Shown here piece by piece: positions 57,495-64,000 of a stretch of 64,000 nucleotides of DNA. The notes beneath the pieces are model-generated. The model saw only the letters and a list, made by a program, of their open reading frames with translations. It had not been told where the DNA came from and did not search any database. A program made the translations under genes and the position numbers. Every line of letters begins with the position of its first letter. Positions within the stretch are counted from its first letter, which is position 1. The DNA lies in contig CALRFF010000001.1 in NCBI GenBank assembly GCA_943356495.1, forward strand, positions 92,864-156,863, written 5' to 3'. Origin of the DNA: Candidatus Nomurabacteria bacterium (GTDB taxonomy: Bacteria; Patescibacteriota; Minisyncoccia; Phycocordibacterales; SBAW01).

Positions 57495-58796
57495 CTACTG
57501 AAAGAAAGCGGCAAACTCCTGCGAGGCATCGTTGACTGCTTGTGACGGGTCGGTCTTGCCGGTTGTTACTGATTCTATCATTGCCTTAAAGATAGTGTCG
57601 GTAGACTCGGTGTTAGGGTCAAACCACCCGCGGGAGATAAGCGCCGATTGCGAAAACACCTGCGCCGCGGCATTGGCCGATGTATCTACCGCTACATCGC
57701 GGCGCACTGCAGGCAGGCCCGTGGCGGCCACCACCTGTTGGACGCCCGCTTGGCTTACCAGTTTTTGGGCAACCACCAACGCCCCGCCGGGGTTAGCCGC
57801 CGTGCGCGACACCCCCAAACCGGTAATGCTGCCGTAGGTCAGCCGCGGTCCGTTGCCCTGCAGTTGCGGCAACAGCGCAACACTAAAGTGCAGGTTGGGG
57901 TTGCGCTTAGTCAGTACCGGCAGCTCGCTGGCAAAACCAAAGTACACGGCCAAATCGCCCGCCACAAACGCTTCGGTCGAGTTGTGCAGGGAGCGGTTCC
58001 AGGTGTAGGAGCTTTTAGAGGGGTTGGCAAACTCGGTATAAAAACGCAGTGCCGACTCGGCGGGGTTGGTGGCAACGCCCGGCGCCGCGGTGCCGAACAC
58101 GCTGGCAAGGTAGCCTTGCTCGTTGCGGCTTACTATCGGGTCCCCCGCCTGCATAAACAGCGCAGACAATATCGCCTTGGCATGCGACACGTTGCCCCAC
58201 GCGCCGAGCGCCACCGCGCTGCGGCGCACGTTCTGCGAAGTATCTATAGAGGTTATTTTTTGCGCCAAGGTTAAGAGCTCGTTCCAGTACACGGGTGCCT
58301 GCGCCACCCCTGCGCCCGCCAACAAATCGCGGTTCCAGTACATGACCAACGGGTCGATCATAAACGGCAACGCCCAGCTGCCTTGGCTGTTTAAAAAGAT
58401 GTTCGCCTCATCGACAAACGAGTTGGTAAAGGTCGACTGTGACACCGAACTGTAGGGTATATTGAGCACTTTGTCGGCAAACGCGCCTATCGACTCTTGG
58501 GTCAGCATAAACAGGTCGGGCCCGCGACCCGCGGCAATGGCATTGATAAGTATCTGCTGGTAGGTGGCCTTGTCGGCCTCAAGATACGTAACGTCCTGAA
58601 AACTCTTATCAGTGGCGCGCAAGTTTTGCAGTACCATGCTCATTTGCTGCTCGTCTGCGGTGCCCCAAATGGTCACCTGCCCGACCGACGTGCTGCCGGT
58701 TACGCCTCCAAAGGCCGCAAACACGCCCACGCCGATAATAGTAAAAACCACAAATGCGGTGGTAACTATTATTTGAAAGGTGCTTATCGACTTCAT
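57495..58796 (-). CDS. Extracellular solute-binding protein (ABC family 1-like)
   Basis: N-terminal TM; 'IAAG.GPDLF', 'LP..ID.L.MYWN.DL', 'F..G..A.Y.G','LPQ'. Confidence 0.85.
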   Translation of the reverse strand: MKSISTFQIIVTTAFVVFTIIGVGVFAAFGGVTGSTSVGQVTIWGTADEQQMSMVLQNLRATDKSFQDVTYLEADKATYQQILINAIAAGRGPDLFMLTQESIGAFADKVLNIPYSSVSQSTFTNSFVDEANIFLNSQGSWALPFMIDPLVMYWNRDLLAGAGVAQAPVYWNELLTLAQKITSIDTSQNVRRSAVALGAWGNVSHAKAILSALFMQAGDPIVSRNEQGYLASVFGTAAPGVATNPAESALRFYTEFANPSKSSYTWNRSLHNSTEAFVAGDLAVYFGFASELPVLTKRNPNLHFSVALLPQLQGNGPRLTYGSITGLGVSRTAANPGGALVVAQKLVSQAGVQQVVAATGLPAVRRDVAVDTSANAAAQVFSQSALISRGWFDPNTESTDTIFKAMIESVTTGKTDPSQAVNDASQEFAAFFQ

Positions 58797-58814
58797 ACCG
58801 GTATTGTCCCGCGG

Positions 58815-59351
58815 TTATGCGAATTTACGAAACAGTAATCCCCAATGGTAGGCGCCTGCGGGTGCAGAGCCCTCGGCGGTAAAACCGGCTTGCTCAAACA
58901 AACTGCTTGCCTGCGCGGCGGTGACTACGTGGTCGGGATGCGGACCCATGCCGCCAAAGGAGTCTTGCCAGTCGATAACCAACACCTGACCGCGGGGCTT
59001 AAGCAAACGCAGGGCCTCGGCGGCAACCGCCGCTTTGTCGTCGGCTGCAAAAAGGCTGTTGGCTATAACTACCACATCAAAGCTCTTGTCGGGCAAGTGC
59101 GTACCACCCACCTTTTCGATATTGCCGGCTACTACCTCGACATTGGTCAAACCCTCGCCAGTGGCAAGATTTTTAAGCCGCGGGAGTAAGTCGCGGTTGG
59201 CGTCTACTGCCCACACAATGCCGGGGGCGCACAACCTTGCCGCAGCGCGGGTAAAAAATCCCGAGCCTGCGTCAAAGTCGGCGACCGTCTGCCCTGGCGT
59301 CAGATGCAACGCCGAAAGGGCCGCCGAAGGGATAAGGAACGAACTTTCCAC
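58815..59351 (-). CDS. Class I SAM-dependent methyltransferase
   Basis: 'VADF.AGSGFF', 'AVD', 'SFDVV', 'LLKPRG.VLVIDW'; TATAAT 6 nt before GTG. Confidence 0.85.
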   Translation of the reverse strand: MESSFLIPSAALSALHLTPGQTVADFDAGSGFFTRAAARLCAPGIVWAVDANRDLLPRLKNLATGEGLTNVEVVAGNIEKVGGTHLPDKSFDVVVIANSLFAADDKAAVAAEALRLLKPRGQVLVIDWQDSFGGMGPHPDHVVTAAQASSLFEQAGFTAEGSAPAGAYHWGLLFRKFA

Positions 59352-59358
59352 CCCTTAA

Positions 59359-59478
59359 TTATACATGACGCAAAATGTAGGCTCCCCACACCGAGTACGC
59401 CACGACCGCAAGCAGGGCCAAAGACACTACCCCTAGAGCGTCTTTTTGTTTGCCGGCGTGTTTGCGAATCGTCTCCAT
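59359..59478 (-). CDS. Putative single-TM microprotein (39 aa)
   Basis: METIRKHAGKQKDALGVVSLALLAVVAYSVWGAYILRHV*; AGAGG upstream. Confidence 0.45.
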   Translation of the reverse strand: METIRKHAGKQKDALGVVSLALLAVVAYSVWGAYILRHV

Positions 59479-59520
59479 ACCTCTTATTACGCACGAGTGG
59501 CATGTTTCTTACATGAAAAT

Positions 59521-59544
59521 GCCCCGCACGTAGTGGTGCGGGGC
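59521..59544 (-). terminator. Hairpin GCCCCGCAC-N6-GTGCGGGGC
   Basis: Same 9-bp arms as 14374-14398; follows 59551-59724. Confidence 0.7.
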
Positions 59545-59550
59545 GGCCGG

Positions 59551-59724
59551 TCAGGCTCGGACAGTGTCGCCGTTCGGCAGCGTCGGCAAAATTTCGCCCG
59601 GCTCGACTTTGTCGAGCGGGTGGGGCTGTTCGGCGCCGGGGCCCTTCTTGGCCTCGGTGCTGAGTATCATTTCCTTGATCGCCTCCGGTTCGTTGCGGCC
59701 AAAACCAAACATATTCCGGCTCAT
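59551..59724 (-). CDS. Orphan microprotein (57 aa)
   Basis: GGGAGG SD; TGgTATCTT -10; own terminator. Confidence 0.6.
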   Translation of the reverse strand: MSRNMFGFGRNEPEAIKEMILSTEAKKGPGAEQPHPLDKVEPGEILPTLPNGDTVRA

Positions 59725-59780
59725 TGCTTCCTCCCTCGTCAAAACCGTCTGCCACTAAGATACCACGGTTTTTACAAAAG

Positions 59781-59808
59781 AAAACCGCCCGCACTTTCGT
59801 GCGGGCGG
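59781..59808. repeat. 28-bp hairpin direct repeat, copy 1 (terminator-like)
   Basis: AAAACCGCCCGCACTTTCGTGCGGGCGG, identical to 60301-60328. Confidence 0.9.
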
Positions 59809-59812
59809 TCAA

Positions 59813-60256
59813 TCAGGCAATCAGACCTTGACGGTTAAACCAGCGCAGGATCTCCTGCCCCATAGGCGTGGTGCGGTGCATGTCGGCGGTGGTAAACCAT
59901 GCCAGCTCCTCGACCTCGTTGCGCGGGGTAAGCATGCCGATGTAGTCGGCGTCGTAGCAGTACATCTTAAGCACCGTGCCCTCGACATAGCCGTGGCACG
60001 GACCCTCAAACGTGTGGAGATGCTCGATAGTGTTGAAGAGGAGCTGGATGTCGCCCTCTTCGTCCGACTCGCGCATCAGCGCCTCGGCCTGCGTTTCACC
60101 CTCGTCGATCTTGCCGCCGAGAGTGTAGAAAAGGGTCTGGCCTTTCGACCGGGCAAACAGCAACGCTTGGTCACGGACCAGCGTTAAAGCAACCTTTTCA
60201 ATAATCCCACTGGGTGCCGTCTTGAGCGCCTTGGGTGCTGCGGAGGTGTCGCTCAT
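59813..60256 (-). CDS. NUDIX hydrolase
   Basis: Nudix box 'GGKIDEGETQAEALMRESDEEG'; GAGGAG SD. Confidence 0.9.
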   Translation of the reverse strand: MSDTSAAPKALKTAPSGIIEKVALTLVRDQALLFARSKGQTLFYTLGGKIDEGETQAEALMRESDEEGDIQLLFNTIEHLHTFEGPCHGYVEGTVLKMYCYDADYIGMLTPRNEVEELAWFTTADMHRTTPMGQEILRWFNRQGLIA

Positions 60257-60300
60257 GTTGTGCTCCTCGTTGTTCATCTGCGCCCACCCTACCACAAAGA

Positions 60301-60328
60301 AAAACCGCCCGCACTTTCGTGCGGGCGG
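60301..60328. repeat. 28-bp hairpin direct repeat, copy 2 (terminator-like)
   Basis: Identical to 59781-59808. Confidence 0.9.
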
Positions 60329-60341
60329 CAACTCTCGAGGC

Positions 60342-60446
60342 CTACGCAGGCCAAATAGGCAAAAACGGCGCGAGATAAATCATCACGCCGGCGGCGATAC
60401 CAACCAGCTGCATGACAAGCTCCAGCCCAGCACCCGCACACATCAT
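60342..60446 (-). CDS. Putative hydrophobic microprotein (34 aa)
   Basis: MMCAGAGLELVMQLVGIAAGVMIYLAPFLPIWPA*; GGGAG upstream; terminator downstream. Confidence 0.4.
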   Translation of the reverse strand: MMCAGAGLELVMQLVGIAAGVMIYLAPFLPIWPA

Positions 60447-60473
60447 ACTCCCGTGCGGCGTGGGCAAAGCGAG

Positions 60474-60626
60474 TTATCCACTTCGCAGGGCGTCTTCGAT
60501 CTCTTGGGCGGCCTCTGTGGTGCGCTGAGTTGAGCGCGTCGCCTGCCTGCGGATCTTCTCCGCCTGCTCGATGAGCCCTTGGTTCTGCACCGCGTTAAGC
60601 GGCGTAGCGCTTTCGGTATCAATCAT
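60474..60626 (-). CDS. Putative helical microprotein (50 aa)
   Basis: MIDTESATPLNAVQNQGLIEQAEKIRRQATRSTQRTTEAAQEIEDALRSG*; GGGAGAAGG SD; TGcTAAGGT -10. Confidence 0.55.
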   Translation of the reverse strand: MIDTESATPLNAVQNQGLIEQAEKIRRQATRSTQRTTEAAQEIEDALRSG

Positions 60627-60662
60627 GACCTTCTCCCATCTCTTCTGCCGCTACCTTAGCAT

Positions 60663-60906
60663 AAAAAAATCCGCTCGGTGAAGCGGGAGTACGGTCGCAA
60701 GACCTAGTAATCCTGACCGGCCGACGGAGGCCAAATCACGCGACACCGAGCGGGGCGGCCCTTGAGGAATTTCGTAGAGGGCCAACGTGGACCGTTATAG
60801 TTACGGTCTGCGTCAAGCGGCGACATACCTTTGATGCTTGCACACCTCCGGCATCCGACCCGCTTGCGGCAATGTCTAAGCGAGGCAGCACCCTCACCTT
60901 CGACCG
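60663..60906 (-). ncRNA. Candidate structured ncRNA carrying 23S rRNA helix-69 and 1934-1943 sequence motifs
   Basis: TGcTACAGT -10 at 60911-60919; 5'/3' ends pair (CGGTCG-AAG / CTT-G-CGACCG); GACCGTAACTATAACGGTCC at 60789-60808; CGAAATTCCT at 60765-60774; terminator at 60663-60686. Confidence 0.55.
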
Positions 60907-60936
60907 AGCTACTGTAGCACGCCCAAACCGTTATGA

Positions 60937-60964
60937 AAAAGACTACGATATATCGTAGTCTTTT
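60937..60964. repeat. Palindromic repeat family B copy (28-bp perfect palindrome) at the stop of the DUF1653-like gene
   Basis: AAAAGACTACGATATATCGTAGTCTTTT. Confidence 0.85.
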
Positions 60965-61235
60965 ATGCCTTGGTAAACCGCTCTACCTTTTGGCTCTGGC
61001 CACCCTGCCTGCCGGCAGGCAGGTCCACCACCTCGCGCCACTCGCGCAAGGGCCTCGTAAAATACGGCGCATCGGGTTGCTCGTACATCGGCTCGTACAC
61101 TACCATCCATTCATCGTCGTTGGAGTGGAGCGCGATTAAAACAACTTTGTAGCTGTCTCCTTTGTAGTGTTTATAAACCTCCCCCGCCTTAGGAGCGTCT
61201 GCGGGCACTGGCGGTATTGGGTCACCTTTGCTCAT
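60963..61235 (-). CDS. DUF1653-family protein
   Basis: 'G.VYKHYKG..YKV..IA.HS...WMVVY..MY','F.RP','ERF'; TATACT 6 nt before the ATG. Confidence 0.88.
   Translation of the reverse strand: MSKGDPIPPVPADAPKAGEVYKHYKGDSYKVVLIALHSNDDEWMVVYEPMYEQPDAPYFTRPLREWREVVDLPAGRQGGQSQKVERFTKA
61004..61023. repeat. Palindromic repeat family A copy, read in frame (LPAGRQ)
   Basis: Perfect palindrome CCTGCCTGCCGGCAGGCAGG. Confidence 0.85.
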
Positions 61236-61334
61236 AGCGTAAGTATAAACCGTGTTATAGTAATAAGGCGACGGAGGGGCTTCTCTCAGTTCGCGACGAA
61301 CCTTGGTTCCGAAGTGCGTCACGGAGGAACAACA

Positions 61335-61421
61335 ATGAAGATGGTGAAAAGTCTTCTCGAGGGTGCCGGACTCGGCATCGTCAAAGAGACCGGCGGTCTC
61401 GAAGGCTCCGGCCTGATCTAA
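61335..61421 (+). CDS. Putative 28-aa peptide with an internal repeat
   Basis: MKMVKSLLEGAGLGIVKETGGLEGSGLI*; GGAGG SD; TGtTATAGT -10; terminator CCCCTCGC-CTAGC-GCGAGGGG at about 61458-61478. Confidence 0.55.
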   Translation: MKMVKSLLEGAGLGIVKETGGLEGSGLI

Positions 61422-61501
61422 CCACCGACATCTGCCTGAAGGTCTCCTCAACAAATACCCCTCGCCTAGCGCGAGGGGCTCGTTTTTTTAAAGAATAAAC
61501 C

Positions 61502-61529
61502 AAAACACTACGATATATCGTAGTGTTTT
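61502..61529. repeat. Palindromic repeat family B copy (28-bp perfect palindrome) downstream of gyrA
   Basis: AAAACACTACGATATATCGTAGTGTTTT. Confidence 0.85.
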
Positions 61530-61545
61530 TAATTTCTGTTCTAGT

Positions 61546-64000
61546 CTATAAACAAACGAAGCTGGCGATTGCGTCGCCGTCGCGGAGTTTCATTATGCGC
61601 ACGCCTTGAGTACTGCGTGATTGAGTTTTGATCTCATCGAGGCCGGTGCGGATTACCTGCCCTTTTTTGGAGATAACCACCACCTCCTCTTCGCCACCCT
61701 CGCCGCGGGTAATAATGCGCGAGGTGATTAGCGGGCCGGTCTTGGCGGTTGCTTGCATGGTCTTAATGCCAGAGCCGCCGCGACCCTGCACTTTGTACTC
61801 CTCTATCTTGGTTGCTTTGCCATAGCCGTTGCGCGAGACCACCAACACCTCAAGGCCTTTCGCGCCTTTCTGCACCACGTCGGCGCCCACTATTGTGTCG
61901 CCGCTACCAAGGCGCATGCCGCGCACGCCGCCGGCGGCGCGGCCCATGGCGCGGACATCGGCCTCTTTAAAGCGAATACTCTGCCCCTTTGCCGTGCTCA
62001 AAAAGATTTCATCGCCCTTCTCTACAAATAATGCGGCAATAAGCTCATCGCCCTTCTGCAATTTTTGCGCGATAAGCCCCGAGCGGCGCACATCGTGGAA
62101 GGCGGTGGCATCCACTTTTTTAACCGTGCCCTGCTTGGTTATCATGTACAGAAACTTCTCCCCCTCTTTTTGGTTTTTGCGCATCGGCAGGACGCTCGTC
62201 ACTTTTTCCGCGTCGGTAATAGAGAGGAAGTTAACTATCGGGCGGCCCTTGGTCGAGCGCTTACCCTCCGGTATCTCGTAGAACTTAAGCTGGTAGGCCT
62301 TGCCGAGGTTCGTAAAGAACAAAAGGTCACTGTGCGTCGAGGTGGTCATAAAGGTAGTAACAAAGTCCTCCTCTTTGGTGTCGAGGTCGATAACGCCCAC
62401 GCCACCGCGCTTTTGCCGGCGGAACTCCTCGGGGTTAGTGCGCTTAACGTAGCCGCCGGCGGTAAGCACCAGCACCTGCTCTTGGTCGGCGACCATGTCC
62501 TCCTCGGAAATTACCCCGGCCGCGCCCTTAACTACTTTTGTCGCGCGCGGGTTGCCGAACTTTTTAGCAATGTCCTCGATTTCTTGCTTAATAACGCCGA
62601 GCATTTTTTTGTCGGACTTAAGTAGCGCGACGCACTCCTCGATAAAAGCCTGCACCTCCTTAAGCTCGTCTTCTACCTTGCGGCGCTCGAGGTTGGCAAG
62701 ACGCGACAGGCGCATCTCCAAAATGGCCGATGCCTGCAGGTCGGAAAACTTGAACTTTTTTATAAGGTTGGCGTGCGCCTCCGGCACGTCTTTGCTGGCG
62801 CGGATGGTCTTGATAACCTCGTCGATATGGTCGAGCGCCTTAACAAGCCCGAGCAAAATATGCTCGCGCTCCTGCGCCTTTTTAAGATCAAACTCGGTGC
62901 GGCGCTTAACTATCTCGCGGCGGTGCTTGATAAACTCCTCCAAAATGCCTTTGAGCGAAATCGTTTGCGGCACGCCGTCGACCAGCACCACCATGTTGTA
63001 GTGGAAGGTGTCCTCGAGCGAGGTGTACTTGTACAAATAGTTGAGCACGCGCTGCGGCTGGGCGCCCTGCTTAAGCTCCACCACAATACGAATGTCTTTG
63101 GTCGACTCGTCGCGCAACCCGCGGATACCCTCGAGCTTTTTGTCGCGCACCAAGTCGGCGATGCGCACAATAAGGTCCGACTTGTTAACGCGGTACGGTA
63201 TCGACGTGATGATAATCTGGTAGTCACCTTTTTTGGTCTCGGTAATTTCGGCCACGCCGCGCACCACCACGCCGCCGCGACCGGTCGAAAACGCGTGGAG
63301 CATCGCTTTTTTATCGTAGGCTATCGCTCCCGTCGGGAAATCCGGCCCCGGCACAAACTCCATCAGCTCCTCGACCGTTGCCGCAGGATTTTCTATCAAA
63401 TGCGCGAGCGCGTTGCTTACCTCGCCTAAGTTGTGGGGCGGGATACTGGTTGCCATACCAACGGCGATGCCGAGCGTGCCGTTGAGCAAAATGTTGGGCA
63501 CGGCCGCGGGCAACACCTCGGGCTCTTTTTGCGTGCCGTCGTAGTTGGGGCGCCACGCGACTGTCTCTTTTTCCAAATCGCGTAGCAACTCGCCGGCAAC
63601 ACCCGACATTTTTGCCTCGGTGTAGCGCATTGCGGCGGCCGAGTCGCCATCGATAGAACCAAAGTTACCTTGGCCGATAACCAAGGGGTAGCGCATCGAA
63701 AACTCCTGTGCCATCTTAACCATCGCGTCGTACACAGACGCGTCGCCGTGCGGGTGATATTTACCCAACACCTCGCCGACTACCGTTGCCGACTTGCGGA
63801 ATCGCGCCGAGGGGGTAAGCCCCATGCGGTGCATCGCGTAAAGTATGCGGCGGTGCACGGGTTTAAGCCCGTCGCGCACGTCGGGTAAGGCGCGCGAGGT
63901 AATAACCGACATCGCGTAGTCGAGGTAGCTGTCACGCATCTCGGTCGAGATGTTGCGCAGGACTATGCCCGATACAGTATCGTCTTCCTCGCCTCCGTGT
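61546..64000 (-). CDS. gyrA: DNA gyrase subunit A (5' end beyond the window)
   Basis: '[16 protein letters not shown]', 'HPHGD', 'AAMRYTE', GyrA box 'QKRGGVG'; frame open to the window edge. Confidence 0.97.
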   Translation of the reverse strand, partial: HGGEEDDTVSGIVLRNISTEMRDSYLDYAMSVITSRALPDVRDGLKPVHRRILYAMHRMGLTPSARFRKSATVVGEVLGKYHPHGDASVYDAMVKMAQEFSMRYPLVIGQGNFGSIDGDSAAAMRYTEAKMSGVAGELLRDLEKETVAWRPNYDGTQKEPEVLPAAVPNILLNGTLGIAVGMATSIPPHNLGEVSNALAHLIENPAATVEELMEFVPGPDFPTGAIAYDKKAMLHAFSTGRGGVVVRGVAEITETKKGDYQIIITSIPYRVNKSDLIVRIADLVRDKKLEGIRGLRDESTKDIRIVVELKQGAQPQRVLNYLYKYTSLEDTFHYNMVVLVDGVPQTISLKGILEEFIKHRREIVKRRTEFDLKKAQEREHILLGLVKALDHIDEVIKTIRASKDVPEAHANLIKKFKFSDLQASAILEMRLSRLANLERRKVEDELKEVQAFIEECVALLKSDKKMLGVIKQEIEDIAKKFGNPRATKVVKGAAGVISEEDMVADQEQVLVLTAGGYVKRTNPEEFRRQKRGGVGVIDLDTKEEDFVTTFMTTSTHSDLLFFTNLGKAYQLKFYEIPEGKRSTKGRPIVNFLSITDAEKVTSVLPMRKNQKEGEKFLYMITKQGTVKKVDATAFHDVRRSGLIAQKLQKGDELIAALFVEKGDEIFLSTAKGQSIRFKEADVRAMGRAAGGVRGMRLGSGDTIVGADVVQKGAKGLEVLVVSRNGYGKATKIEEYKVQGRGGSGIKTMQATAKTGPLITSRIITRGEGGEEEVVVISKKGQVIRTGLDEIKTQSRSTQGVRIMKLRDGDAIASFVCL

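Noticed and set aside
59781-60328. CRISPR array or integron attC array
   Set aside because: Only two exact repeats 520 bp apart; no cas or intI genes; no GTTRRRY/RYYYAAC cores.
60765-60808. A 23S rRNA gene
   Set aside because: Only two short motifs match; the flanks and linker are not rRNA-like and there is no room for an rRNA gene.
60704-60826. 40-aa ORF MSPLDADRNYNGPRWPSTKFLKGRPARCRVIWPPSAGQDY overlapping the rRNA-like motifs
   Set aside because: No properly spaced SD (GGAGG is 18 nt away), unlike neighbouring islet genes, and it does not explain the rRNA identity or end pairing; kept only as an alternative.

Overview
Chromosomal window of a small-genome bacterium, most consistent with Patescibacteria/CPR (Parcubacteria-like). 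The evidence is compact gene packing, truncated DnaX/UvrC/IF2/ATP synthase delta, arrays of VirB2/TrbC-type pilins and mostly leaderless genes; genetic code 11. It carries part of the F1Fo ATP synthase operon, cydAB, ddl, uvrBAC, tgt, msrA, VKOR, rlmH, dnaX, dus, ftsQ, serS, dprA, topA, rel, parB, pyrF-like/pyrE, miaA, rpmG, clpB, iscS, infB, rbfA, gyrA (5' partial) and 12 tRNAs. Orphan islets with their own promoter, Shine-Dalgarno and terminator are scattered between the core genes. The most striking unexplained signal is a ~240-nt promoter-to-terminator unit (60663-60919, minus strand) that looks like a structured non-coding RNA. It carries a near-exact copy of 23S rRNA helix 69 followed by the 23S 1934-1943 motif, so it is a candidate rRNA-mimic or decoy. 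Other oddities: two recurring families of 20-28 bp palindromes plus a single 21-bp hairpin in uvrB, with copies read in frame inside infB, miaA, uvrB and a DUF1653-like gene; a nested-palindrome element duplicating the tRNA-Tyr 3' end; a gene bounded by identical 28-bp hairpins; and duplicated or broken pilin genes. All calls were made by eye from sequence and recalled family motifs; no searches were run.
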